Part shown: in pieces, positions 37,711-47,174 of the stretch
How positions within the stretch are numbered: the first letter of the stretch is position 1
Layout: every line of letters begins with the position of its first letter
Virus record (IMG/VR): IMGVR_UViG_3300032893_000004
Coordinates: 91,058-155,057 of that record
DNA: 64,000 bases
Direction: 5' to 3' (one strand)
From: a virus
Position numbers and translations under genes: made by a program
The notes under the pieces: generated by a model
Seen by the model: only the letters and a program-made list of their open reading frames with translations
Database searches by the model: none
Told to the model about the DNA's origin: nothing

Positions 37711-38266
37711 CGCTTTTTTTCTCTAAAAAATTTTTATTTAGTTTTAAGTCTTTAGTATTATATAGAGGCGGTGCATCCGGCGCACCGATGTCGGTGCATG
37801 GCGCGCACCGATCATGGTGCATATATGCACCGGTGCATAATGGAACCGGTGCATCCGGCGCACCGAGAATGGCGTCTATCGGTGCATGATGCGCACCGTC
37901 TTGGACGTCTAACGGTGCGCCACGCGCACCACTTTTTCGAGAATTTGCTTCCAAAATCGACGAATCCCACTGATTCCTCGGATTGATTTCAAACACCCAC
38001 TGATGCTTGTATTCGTATTTTTTTATGATGTTGAAAGCTTCTAGAATAGCAAGTCTGTCGGTCACAGTTCGTTTATTGAGACGAAGAGTCCGAACGATTT
38101 CGTTGCGCGAACCTTTCCAGCCTTCACCGTTCATCGCGATGAACATAAAAATGCACTTGGCGTAGCAGTCGAGATGTTTGAATACGATCAACTCGTTTGC
38201 GATCCGGGTGTAATTACCGGTTTTGTTCAACTCGTTCTCGTATTCTTTTTTCGTTAAACCGGCCGT
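37688..38266 (-). CDS. Replication initiator (HTH, lambda O-like organisation); start uncertain (ACG 38266 or ATG 38347)
   Basis: NYTRIANELI and a winged-HTH segment; internal iteron array; immediately upstream of the helicase. Confidence 0.75.
   Translation of the reverse strand, partial: TAGLTKKEYENELNKTGNYTRIANELIVFKHLDCYAKCIFMFIAMNGEGWKGSRNEIVRTLRLNKRTVTDRLAILEAFNIIKKYEYKHQWVFEINPRNQWDSSILEANSRKSGARGAPLDVQDGAHHAPIDAILGAPDAPVPLCTGAYMHHDRCAPCTDIGAPDAPPLYNTKDLKLNKNFLEKKSDARTSEN
37714..37930. repeat. Putative replication origin: seven 16-17 bp palindromic iterons plus an AT-rich tract
   Basis: GGTGC..GCACC units at 37770, 37793, 37816, 37832 (degenerate), 37848, 37881 and 37914; AT-rich at 37714..37766. 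Confidence 0.82.
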
Positions 38267-38332
38267 ATAAACTCCTCCCGAGACGACGGAGTGCGGCTCA
38301 CCCTTGCGGAAGCAAGGGCACCGAACATAGAT

Positions 38333-38384
38333 ATCATACCATAACATCGCTCACGGAGGACTATAGCAGGACATGTGGTATAAT
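38333..38384. promoter_or_regulatory. Back-to-back extended -10 promoters TGGTATGAT (minus, 38333..38341) and TGGTATAAT (plus, 38376..38384)
   Basis: At the strand switch of the window. Confidence 0.7.
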
Positions 38385-38400
38385 GCAATTGGAGGTTCAT

Positions 38401-40191
38401 ATGTCACTTTTCCAGGTCTCGAAGCCGAAATCAGCAGCCAAGGTTATGATACCGTCTGGCGACACTCTTACGCAGTATACGATCAATACGCTGGCCCACA
38501 TGTCCAACATGGCTGGCGTCACTCTCGGGCCGGGCGGAAAAGCAGTTCTGCTCGAACGTTCAGAAATCAACATGAAGCCGATTATCACCAAAGACGGCGT
38601 TACGGTCATCAAGTCGCTCGGATACGACAACTCGATCCAGCAGCTCATCCTCGAAGCTGCTCGCGATGCGGCCATCCGAACCGCTTCCGAAGCGGGCGAC
38701 GGTACCACGACGGCTACGATCCTGTCCGCCGCGATATGCCGGGCGACGATCGACGTAGTCAAGGCGAACCCAAAATTGTCACCCCAGAAGATCGTGCGCG
38801 AGATGCAGCGTCTCGTTCCTGGAATAACGTCTCAGATCGAGACGTGTCGTTTTCAGATCGATGCAGATAACTACGAGGAAACACTTGAGAAAGTGGCAAC
38901 TTTATCGGCAAACGGCGATACCGAGCTGGCGAAGAAGATTATCGAAGGACTCGACCTGGTCGGCGAAGAAGGCGACATGACAATCGTCGAGATCAACGCT
39001 GGCGGCGACTCCCGGTACGCTATCGAGAAGATCAACGGCTATACTTCCGAGCGCGGATACGAGGAATCCTGCCGCACGCTCGCGAACGGATTCATCAACG
39101 ACAAGACCGGAACTATGGTCGTCCTCGAATCGCCGATCTTCATCCTATTCGACGGGGTCATCAACGATTTCAGCCAAGTATTTGATTCTCTTAATAAAGT
39201 CTACGACGCCTGCGTTGCCGCAAAGCGGCAGGATCCGTCCGTTGTCCTAGTAGCTCACGGCTTCTCTGATACGGCGCTGGGCGACATGCACGTGATCTGG
39301 AACCACCCCAAGTCGGCCATGAAGATCTTTCCGCTCATGACGCCGGAGCGGGCGATCATGAACTGGCGGACCAATCTCCTCTACGATCTTCAAGCCTACA
39401 CCGGCACACCGGTATTCAACCCGATCGACCGTCCGATCTCCGACATCAACGGCGAGAGTCTCTTGAACTCATGCCGCGTGAAGCGCTTCGAGTGCAGCCG
39501 GTTCAAAGCGATGATCTTCGCCGACGAAGACGCCGACGCCATCAAGATCCGAGTCGACGAGTTGAAAGAGCAGCGCAAAGCGCCGGAATCCGATTACGAA
39601 TTGAATGATCTGAACATCCGTATAGGAAAACTCACCTCCGGGATCGTTCGCTTGAATATCTACGGGCCGTCGGCCGGCGAAACTCGCGAGAAGCGCGACC
39701 GGGCTGAAGATGCCTGGATGGCGATCAAGGGCGCGATCAAGCACGGGGCAGTCCCCGGCGGAGGTTACGTACTGGTCAGACTCGCCGCAGATCTTCATAC
39801 TTCTGCGTTCAGTCTCCCGATTTCGGCCCGCCGCCACGCGATCGAGATCCTGGCCGAGGCGCTTCTCGAACCTGTCCGTCTCCTGTACCACAACTACGGA
39901 TACAACGAGGAAGAAATCACGCGACAGATCGGCGAACTTCTTCTGAATGAGAAGCAAACGTACGATATATCCGAAGAAAAATGGGTCAACAAGATCGATC
40001 TGCTCGACAGCCTGCCTGCTGTCTCCGAAGCGATCCGCAACAGTATCTCGATCGCATCCCTGATAGGCACGCTCGGCGGCATCGTAGCTTTCAAGCGCGA
40101 CTACAATACCGACAAGTCCGAGGAGGATATGGTCCGCCAGTTCGAAAAAGCGATCGGCGAAAGAGGGTCGCTACAGCGCGGAGATCGCTGA
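38401..40191 (+). CDS. groEL: GroEL-like chaperonin
   Basis: TLGPGG, ITKDGVTV, AGDGTTTAT, GAVPGGG; GGAGG SD. Confidence 0.93.
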   Translation: MSLFQVSKPKSAAKVMIPSGDTLTQYTINTLAHMSNMAGVTLGPGGKAVLLERSEINMKPIITKDGVTVIKSLGYDNSIQQLILEAARDAAIRTASEAGDGTTTATILSAAICRATIDVVKANPKLSPQKIVREMQRLVPGITSQIETCRFQIDADNYEETLEKVATLSANGDTELAKKIIEGLDLVGEEGDMTIVEINAGGDSRYAIEKINGYTSERGYEESCRTLANGFINDKTGTMVVLESPIFILFDGVINDFSQVFDSLNKVYDACVAAKRQDPSVVLVAHGFSDTALGDMHVIWNHPKSAMKIFPLMTPERAIMNWRTNLLYDLQAYTGTPVFNPIDRPISDINGESLLNSCRVKRFECSRFKAMIFADEDADAIKIRVDELKEQRKAPESDYELNDLNIRIGKLTSGIVRLNIYGPSAGETREKRDRAEDAWMAIKGAIKHGAVPGGGYVLVRLAADLHTSAFSLPISARRHAIEILAEALLEPVRLLYHNYGYNEEEITRQIGELLLNEKQTYDISEEKWVNKIDLLDSLPAVSEAIRNSISIASLIGTLGGIVAFKRDYNTDKSEEDMVRQFEKAIGERGSLQRGDR

Positions 40192-40436
40192 TGGCATGGT
40201 TTACCTTCGAATGCCCGAATCACGGCGAATTCCGACGGTCTTTACCTAGACGTGCCAAGACCGTCGCATGCCCGACTTGCCAAACCGAGTCGAAGGCTGT
40301 AATACGTAGTGGGAGCATCTCGGTGGTCGAGAGGCTAGACAACGGAGCTATGGGCAGGCGTGTCGAACGACTTCACAACATCGAAGAAATTATGAACGAT
40401 AGAGCGGACAAGTATTCCGGCGAAAGCGAAAACTGA
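40191..40436 (+). CDS. FmdB-like zinc-ribbon protein
   Basis: FTFECPNHGEF..CPTC; TGATG overlaps. Confidence 0.65.
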   Translation: MAWFTFECPNHGEFRRSLPRRAKTVACPTCQTESKAVIRSGSISVVERLDNGAMGRRVERLHNIEEIMNDRADKYSGESEN

Positions 40437-42217
40437 TGGATATACAACTGGTTAGCCTGGAGATGGAAGGATTCGGCTCTTTCAAGAAGAGGGTTAAGAT
40501 CTCGTTCCCGCGCGGAAACGCCATCATGCTGCTGTCCGGCCAGTGGAAAGGCTCCGGCGTATCGTCTGGGTCAGGCAAGACCACCATCCTCAAAGCTATC
40601 GCAGTTTGTCTCGGCATAGGCGGCGGCACGCTGTCATCGCTCAAGAACTGGGACTCGAAGAAGATGTTCGTCAAGCTCACCATTCAGGTAGGGCCTGACA
40701 CGGTTGAGATCGTCATGGACCCAAAGTTATCTCTGATCATCAACGGTGAGCAATATCCAGGTCTTACCAAAGGTCCGCGCGAGAAGCTGATGGAAATACT
40801 AGGGACGAACGAGGATATGCTCGAAATCCTGACATACCGTAAGCAGCGGGCCAAGGGAACGATCGTCCGCGCTACAGATTCGGATCTCAAGGAATATCTC
40901 ACCGGTCCGCTGAAACTCGGCGAAGTCGAGCAGGCCGTCGAGGAGTTCACCCAATCAGCCAACAAGACTGCCGAGGCGATCAAGCTGACTCAGAGGGATA
41001 TTCAACACTACGAACTCAACATGCCCGGCAACTATGTCACTCAAGAAGAGATCGATAGAGCCTACGAGACACACAACAAAGCCAAGATAGAATTCCTATC
41101 GCTTGGAAGCCCAGCGGCTTCGGACAGCATAAACGCAGAGATCAACGCCGTTAAAACGGAACAGTATGGCTTGCGACAGGAAATGAATCTCGTTCACCAA
41201 GAAGCGAAGAAGATCGAAGATTTGAAGTATTCCGTGAACTCCAAGAAGACAGAAAATACTGGATTGAAGAGCCAGATAATCTCGCTCCAAGCTCAGGTCC
41301 AGAAATTAGAGAAGAATGCCTGCCCAACTTGCGAAAGAGAGTGGGATGCGGCCAGAGCATACTTGGACCAAAAGAACGCTGAGATCGACCATCTCATCGA
41401 GAGGATGAAGGCCAACATCGAGTACGTCAAGAACGCTGAGCCGATTCTGCAAAGCGTGCAGCAGGTATCCGCCCGTCTCGTCGAATTGACGAACGAGGAC
41501 GCTGCTTTGAACGAACGTCTCCGAGACCTCAACGGGAAGCTAGGATCGCTGTCTGCGCCGTTTCGGCTGGCAGAATCGGCTATGAACTCTGCCGCCGCGA
41601 ATCTCCAGACAGTCATCAGCAAAGCCAATTTTTATCAGAAACAACTGGGAGAATACGAGCAGTTAAAGAGGAAATTGGCTTCGGAAGAATCCACCTTGGC
41701 AATCGAGCAGGGGGCAGTAAGCCTGCTCGGTCGATCCGGATTCCTCGGGTCGATCTTCGACGAGATCTTGGCCGATATCGAGGTTCGCACCAACGACATG
41801 CTCAGCTATTTCCCGAACGCGCGGCACTTCACGGTGACCATCTCATCGAATAAGTTCGTGAAAACTAAGGGAACGACCAAGAAGGAAATCTCTGTAACGA
41901 TTTCCAACAACGGGATCGACGTCGATTTGGACAACAATTGCTCGGGTGGTCAGCAAGGTGCCATCGAACTGTGCTCTGATCTTGCCGCCGCAGAGGCCAT
42001 CCGTGCTCGATCGGGGTGCGCCGTACAGTGGACGGGACTGGACGAAGTCATGGAAGGACTTGGCCCCGATGAAAAGAAGGCCGTCATCGAGATGATCAAA
42101 GGCCGGGTCAAAGGCCTCGTGCTGATGATCGACCACGCTACAGAAATCAAAGAATCGTTCGACAAAGTAGTGTCCATCGAATACGACGGCAGAGAATCAT
42201 ATGTCGCAACAATTTAG
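40436..42217 (+). CDS. sbcC: SbcC/Rad50-like ATPase
   Basis: SGSGKTT, coiled coil with CPTC hook, SGGQ, LDE, IDH. Confidence 0.9.
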   Translation: MDIQLVSLEMEGFGSFKKRVKISFPRGNAIMLLSGQWKGSGVSSGSGKTTILKAIAVCLGIGGGTLSSLKNWDSKKMFVKLTIQVGPDTVEIVMDPKLSLIINGEQYPGLTKGPREKLMEILGTNEDMLEILTYRKQRAKGTIVRATDSDLKEYLTGPLKLGEVEQAVEEFTQSANKTAEAIKLTQRDIQHYELNMPGNYVTQEEIDRAYETHNKAKIEFLSLGSPAASDSINAEINAVKTEQYGLRQEMNLVHQEAKKIEDLKYSVNSKKTENTGLKSQIISLQAQVQKLEKNACPTCEREWDAARAYLDQKNAEIDHLIERMKANIEYVKNAEPILQSVQQVSARLVELTNEDAALNERLRDLNGKLGSLSAPFRLAESAMNSAAANLQTVISKANFYQKQLGEYEQLKRKLASEESTLAIEQGAVSLLGRSGFLGSIFDEILADIEVRTNDMLSYFPNARHFTVTISSNKFVKTKGTTKKEISVTISNNGIDVDLDNNCSGGQQGAIELCSDLAAAEAIRARSGCAVQWTGLDEVMEGLGPDEKKAVIEMIKGRVKGLVLMIDHATEIKESFDKVVSIEYDGRESYVATI

Positions 42218-42647
42218 CTTCGAATTCAAAACATTCATCCCGTCGCTTCTATACACTAGATACTTTGAAACATGCGTGGCCGATGCTCCGGTGTATATAT
42301 GCGTGGTCAACAACGATAGTCAAATCGGACAAGTATACTTGGAAAAGCCGCCGGAAGCAAACTACGTCGGCGCTCAGCCACTAGAAGGCCAGATCAGAGT
42401 CTTCTTCACGGCAGAAGACCATCGTCGGTATGCCAAGTCAGTATCTCTAGCCGAAGGGATCCCGTTCGAATTCATTCGAAGGTGGGAAATGAAATTTTCA
42501 GTTTTCGTCGATTACATCTCTCAGATGGACGCCGCGTACAAAGAACTCGGCAAGCCAGGCGTGCGAGCCGTCGCGTCAGCTATTCACGACGAAAAATTCG
42601 TAGATTTAGATATTCTTTGGACGGCCGAACGCGATTGTATGGTATAA
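42201..42647 (+). CDS. Hypothetical protein
   Basis: ORF in the operon. Confidence 0.6.
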   Translation: MSQQFSFEFKTFIPSLLYTRYFETCVADAPVYICVVNNDSQIGQVYLEKPPEANYVGAQPLEGQIRVFFTAEDHRRYAKSVSLAEGIPFEFIRRWEMKFSVFVDYISQMDAAYKELGKPGVRAVASAIHDEKFVDLDILWTAERDCMV

Positions 42648-42648
42648 T
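42640..42648 (+). promoter_or_regulatory. Extended -10 promoter TGGTATAAT
   Basis: Same 9-mer at 38376, 43911 and 52071. Confidence 0.7.
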
Positions 42649-42665
42649 CAAACTAGGAGGTATCC

Positions 42666-42998
42666 ATGAAACAAGTAGACTCTCTAACGAAAAACTTTGC
42701 TGATCAGCTGAATCAGACAAATCAGCAGATCGCACAACTCCAGCAACAGCTGGAAATGTTGCAAAGCCGCCGGGAACAACTGAAAGGCGCAGTTTTTGCG
42801 CTGCAGACTGTGACCGAACAGGTCAATGCTGAAAAGGCTGAAGCTGACAAAGCAGCGTCGGCAGCGTCGGCAGCGACTGCGCCGACGGAAGGAACCAGCG
42901 CACCAGCGGCTGATTCGACGCCGTCTACGCCCACGCCGAGCGGAACCGATAGCCAGTCGGCAGCACCGTCCAGCGACACACCAGCGACAGTTCAGTAG
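42666..42998 (+). CDS. Coiled-coil protein with low-complexity tail
   Basis: AGGAGG SD. Confidence 0.7.
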   Translation: MKQVDSLTKNFADQLNQTNQQIAQLQQQLEMLQSRREQLKGAVFALQTVTEQVNAEKAEADKAASAASAATAPTEGTSAPAADSTPSTPTPSGTDSQSAAPSSDTPATVQ

Positions 42999-43007
42999 GA
43001 TCTGCCG

Positions 43008-43304
43008 ATGGCACGCCGAGCACGCAAAGGTCCAAAAACTCTGTGGGACAAGGTTAAGGACATCGACGAAACTTTCGCGCAGGAAGTTTATTCTGCGACT
43101 GACGAAAATCTCCGGAACCGTTTGTCGACCATCGCCATTCAGATGACTCTGAATGAAAACGAGATGGAGAAGGATCAGGACCTGAAAAGTCTGCGCGAGC
43201 AAGCGAAGCAAGCGGCCAAGACCTACACGGAGCCGCTCGCCGCCCTGAAGCTGAAACGCAAGCTCTGCTACAAGATTCTGGAAGAGCGGGGCAAGGCCCC
43301 TTGA
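43008..43304 (+). CDS. Hypothetical coiled-coil protein
   Basis: ORF in the operon. Confidence 0.65.
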   Translation: MARRARKGPKTLWDKVKDIDETFAQEVYSATDENLRNRLSTIAIQMTLNENEMEKDQDLKSLREQAKQAAKTYTEPLAALKLKRKLCYKILEERGKAP

Positions 43305-43918
43305 GAGTCCTCGGACTCGACATTAGCACGAAAACGGGTTACGCTGTCTTAGTTGACGGCGTTCTTACTTCGTACGGTCTGCTGACATCTCCGATGGTCA
43401 ACGACCCTAGCCTAGCCTCGGACTTCGCACTCCTGCAACGCGCAAGACATATGCGAAACTTGATCTCGAATCTGATCTTATCCGAAGTTCCGGATATGAT
43501 CGTCATCGAGCAGACTAATCAAGGAAGTTTCCGAACGGATCAAAAACAGCTGGAATTCATACACTGCCTCACCCTCGAATACATCAGAAGCACGCCGTGG
43601 GCAGCCAAGACGCAGTACGTTGACACTTCTCGATGGCGCTCGCGACTGGAAATCAAGCTGTCGAAGGATCAGCGCAAGCATAACAAGGCCGTTAAGTCTA
43701 AGCTGGCTCGCGGTAAAGTCACGCCGAAACACCTCGCTGTGGCTTGGGCCAACGAGAAATACAACCTGGACCTTCTGAAGAAGGATCACGATATCGCCGA
43801 CGGGATCTGTCTGGCCACGTACGGATGGAACGAAGAGAATCGTAAGGCAGCGCTTCCGCCAGGATGCAACATCACTGTGGAAGAGGCGCTGGCCTCGCTC
43901 CCGAAAAGTATGGTATAA
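43301..43918 (+). CDS. RuvC-like Holliday junction resolvase
   Basis: VLGLDISTKTGY, IVIEQ, W..K, HDIADG. Confidence 0.85.
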   Translation: MRVLGLDISTKTGYAVLVDGVLTSYGLLTSPMVNDPSLASDFALLQRARHMRNLISNLILSEVPDMIVIEQTNQGSFRTDQKQLEFIHCLTLEYIRSTPWAAKTQYVDTSRWRSRLEIKLSKDQRKHNKAVKSKLARGKVTPKHLAVAWANEKYNLDLLKKDHDIADGICLATYGWNEENRKAALPPGCNITVEEALASLPKSMV

Positions 43919-43919
43919 T
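43911..43919 (+). promoter_or_regulatory. Extended -10 promoter TGGTATAAT, probably leaderless
   Basis: ATG follows after 5 nt with no SD. Confidence 0.7.
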
Positions 43920-43924
43920 CCGAT

Positions 43925-44782
43925 ATGAACAATCCGAACAATAACTTTCTGGATTCCGACGTCGAAGAGATCGTCGAGGAGATCGAGGAAGAAGTAGTCG
44001 AAGAAACGGAAGAGGCTGAATCGACCGCGTCCGTTATTAACGAAGCAATGAAGCGGATCGAGCAGGCTAAGCTCTACGAGGCGTTGCTAAACCACCAACT
44101 CTTCGCGCCTGGCTCAGCTCGGCCAGAGATCATCAAGTCTGTCCGGAAAGAATTCAAGGAATTCATCCAGTTCAGACTGGAAGTGTTACTGGGGATCAAG
44201 CCTGATGGCAAGCCAGGGCAAGCTTCGCAGCGGGCGGCTATCCAGTCGCCGTTCAGCGATGAAGAGACCGCCGCATTGAAGGATATCGCTCGCAAGCTGG
44301 TAGACAAGAACCGCCTGGTGTCCTCCGTTCCGTCGATATCGGCCGTGTCGGCGCCACAGCCCATGGTCCAGGAAATGCCTGCACCGCCGGAAGTGCGGAT
44401 TCAGTTGCCAGAGGCTCAACCGGCGCCAACTACCACGACCCGCAAGACAGTTACACGCCGCGTCGTGAAACGTAACGGACAAGTCGTATCCTCCGAAGAT
44501 GTCCCGTCGCCTACGCCAGCTCAAGCGCCTGCTAAGCCAAACGCACCGCGCAAGAAATCAAACAACGTTAATCAGTTCACAGGCGCTGATCTCTCCCAGG
44601 CGGTATCCACGATTCGGCCGCCGCAGCCGATGCCGTCGCAAGCTCAGATGGACATGCTCAACGCTCGCCAGGTCGCTCGCATCCGGAACTCTCCTGGAGT
44701 CGGCGACGGCACCGGTTCCGACGCTGGTGCCGGGACGGGAAGCTTGTCCGCCGCTCTTGACATGATGCTTAAATCGAGGTAA
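43925..44782 (+). CDS. Hypothetical protein, acidic N-terminus and Pro-rich C-half
   Basis: 285-aa ORF after a promoter. Confidence 0.7.
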   Translation: MNNPNNNFLDSDVEEIVEEIEEEVVEETEEAESTASVINEAMKRIEQAKLYEALLNHQLFAPGSARPEIIKSVRKEFKEFIQFRLEVLLGIKPDGKPGQASQRAAIQSPFSDEETAALKDIARKLVDKNRLVSSVPSISAVSAPQPMVQEMPAPPEVRIQLPEAQPAPTTTTRKTVTRRVVKRNGQVVSSEDVPSPTPAQAPAKPNAPRKKSNNVNQFTGADLSQAVSTIRPPQPMPSQAQMDMLNARQVARIRNSPGVGDGTGSDAGAGTGSLSAALDMMLKSR

Positions 44783-44791
44783 TAGGGACGT

Positions 44792-45517
44792 ATGAATACA
44801 CTCAATAAGATCGCTGATCTGGAACAAGAACTCGGCCGACTCAAATCCAAGTTTGTAGTATTCGAAAATCTGGCCATGAGCATGCCGACAGTAAATCAGG
44901 ACGTAGGCAACCTCAGAAAAGACATCGTGACCCTGACTCAGGCGATCAAGAATATCACCGAAGGCGTCAACGTACGCCACTCCAAGCTGAACGAGCAGAA
45001 CAACGCGATCATAACCCGTTGCATGGGGCTGGAATCGTCGTTTGCATCGCTCAGCAAGATGTTCGCTGCGGTGGTAACTGAACTGTCCGATTCAAAAGTT
45101 CTGGACCAGAAAAAAGTCATGGTGAATCTACGAAAATCGCAGGAAGACAACGATCGACAGCAAGTCGAAGGAATGATCAAGCTCAAAGTTATCGAGGAAT
45201 CTCAATCGATCGACAACGAATCGATGGTCATCGTATCCCAGATCTTCACTCCGGCCGATACGACCAAAGAGCCTGATATTATTTCGGAATATCGAGTTCT
45301 GAATTTTGCGAACCCCGAACTTGAAAAAGACAACAAGCAAAATTATCTCGGCAAAGCTGCAAACGACGTCGTAGATCTTAATCTTCCAGATGGCGTCCTT
45401 TCAACGACCATCGTGAAGGTGTACTCGTATGTTAAGATTTATTCGAAAGGCGAGGGCGAGCCAGCAGCCCCGCAGGATGTCGTCGATTCGCCCGCAGACG
45501 CTCCAGCTTCAACATAA
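44792..45517 (+). CDS. Coiled-coil protein with GreA/GreB-like C-terminal domain
   Basis: YLGKAANDVVDLNLPDGVLSTTIVKV resembles the Gre C-terminal consensus. Confidence 0.45.
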   Translation: MNTLNKIADLEQELGRLKSKFVVFENLAMSMPTVNQDVGNLRKDIVTLTQAIKNITEGVNVRHSKLNEQNNAIITRCMGLESSFASLSKMFAAVVTELSDSKVLDQKKVMVNLRKSQEDNDRQQVEGMIKLKVIEESQSIDNESMVIVSQIFTPADTTKEPDIISEYRVLNFANPELEKDNKQNYLGKAANDVVDLNLPDGVLSTTIVKVYSYVKIYSKGEGEPAAPQDVVDSPADAPAST

Positions 45518-45539
45518 AACTGAAACACAGGCGGTATAG

Positions 45540-46835
45540 GTGTCCAAGAAGGAAAAGGCTGTAAGGTCAGAAACAGGTGTCTCTAAACTTACCGGCCAGA
45601 AGCTGCTCAACGCGATAGCGAGCGATATTCGCACCGTCGCCGAAGGTGCGGACGTTGAACCCGGTCTTCTATCTCTCCCAGATTATTATGCCCACGGCGG
45701 ATACTTCAAGGAATGGCAGTTGCGTAAAGTCGGTGGGTACAACGCCGTAAAGAAGCTTTTCTTCGAAAAAGACCTCCCGAAAGATCGCGCCACGATAGGA
45801 GAGGTGAAAGAATTACGCAAGAAGTACCTCAAGACCGAGCGCGAGCTTGAACTGCGCGATCTGTTCATCGAGCGTATGGAAGCAGCCATCAGTCAGATCA
45901 AGCCGATAAACATCAAGCCGTTCAAGCCGAAAGACGCGTACAAACCGATCAAGAGGGTCGTCAACCTTCTCCTGTCCGACCTTCACTTCGGATCAGATAT
46001 CTCGTCGGAGGAGACCGGCATCTCGTGGGGCAAGGTCGAAGAAGCTCGCTCGTTCGCGAAAGTCATCAAGAACGTATGCGCTTACAAGACCCACTACCGT
46101 TCGGAAACTCGCTTGGTGGCCAATATCATCGGCGATGTGATCGAGAACGAATTGCACGACAAGTCTACCGCCGCACCGATCCACGAACAGTGCTGCCGCG
46201 CCATCCATCTCTTGTCTCAAGGGATCGGTCGGTTGGCCGAGAATTATCCGGAAGTGGTGGTCAACTTCGCGGTCGGCAATCACGGCCGAGACATGGCCGT
46301 TCACCACGGGCGCGCCACTTCTATGAAGTGGAACGCCGTCGAAACTACGATCTACTATGCCGTCAAGAAGGCGTGCGCTAATCTCAAGAACGTGACGTTC
46401 CACCAACCGCTGACTCCGTGGGTGATCTACGAGGCTCTCGGGCACAAAGTGTACGTAACGCACGGCGACACGAACTTAGCCGTTGGCAACCCTGGGAACA
46501 CCATCTCGATTCGGTCGATCGAGGATCGCATCAACAGACTGAATTCATCGCTCAAAGATGACGAAAAGCTCGCAGTCGTAGCGATGGGACACGTTCACAT
46601 CTCTCTTTGCATTCACCTTCCAAACGGGACGTATCTGTTCCTCAACGGACCGCTCGTCCCTCCGAACTCCTTCGCTCAGACCTTGAGTATCATGCGTTCG
46701 CCGCAAGACCAGGTCATATGGGAGACGACGGAAAAATTCGCCGTAGGCGATCAGAGGTTCATCAATGCCCAAGGAGCCGAGTCAGACGCATCGCTCGATG
46801 CGGTCATCCAGCCGTTTAGAGGAATTGACGTATAA
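45540..46835 (+). CDS. Calcineurin-like metallophosphoesterase
   Basis: SDLHFG, GDVIE, GNHGR, THGD, GHVH. Confidence 0.85.
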   Translation: MSKKEKAVRSETGVSKLTGQKLLNAIASDIRTVAEGADVEPGLLSLPDYYAHGGYFKEWQLRKVGGYNAVKKLFFEKDLPKDRATIGEVKELRKKYLKTERELELRDLFIERMEAAISQIKPINIKPFKPKDAYKPIKRVVNLLLSDLHFGSDISSEETGISWGKVEEARSFAKVIKNVCAYKTHYRSETRLVANIIGDVIENELHDKSTAAPIHEQCCRAIHLLSQGIGRLAENYPEVVVNFAVGNHGRDMAVHHGRATSMKWNAVETTIYYAVKKACANLKNVTFHQPLTPWVIYEALGHKVYVTHGDTNLAVGNPGNTISIRSIEDRINRLNSSLKDDEKLAVVAMGHVHISLCIHLPNGTYLFLNGPLVPPNSFAQTLSIMRSPQDQVIWETTEKFAVGDQRFINAQGAESDASLDAVIQPFRGIDV

Positions 46836-46853
46836 TGTCCTTGTGAGGTCTGT

Positions 46854-47174
46854 GTGAGCCGTACGTACGGTGATCGCGGAGACAAGGATAACAAGATCAG
46901 GCTGTTGAAGAGACAGCTAGAATCCTTGAAACGCGAAAATGCTAGGCTACAGCGAGAGCTGCAAAAAGCTCAGAGCATGATCGACGAACTGCTCAGCGAA
47001 TCCGTACAGGAGGATACAGACGTCCGAAAACCGGCGCGTAAGCGAGGAGACGGTCTTGTCTGCAGCGATTGCGGTAAGGGCACTTTGGTACCGATGACGG
47101 TCAAGTTTAGAGACGGCGTCGAGAAAACGTATTTGAACTGCAACTTGTGCAAAGCGAGCAAGACCCAGCGATGA
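46854..47174 (+). CDS. Coiled-coil plus zinc-ribbon protein
   Basis: CSDC..CNLC; TATAAT at 46831 and GAGG SD. Confidence 0.65.
   Translation: MSRTYGDRGDKDNKIRLLKRQLESLKRENARLQRELQKAQSMIDELLSESVQEDTDVRKPARKRGDGLVCSDCGKGTLVPMTVKFRDGVEKTYLNCNLCKASKTQR

Noticed and set aside
37770-37930. Palindromic repeats as a mini-CRISPR
   Set aside because: Units are 16-17 bp, degenerate, with 0-16 nt gaps inside the initiator gene; this fits iterons
38197-38400. N-terminal extension of GroEL in the ORF track
   Set aside because: It overlaps the divergent initiator and promoters; the SD supports ATG 38401
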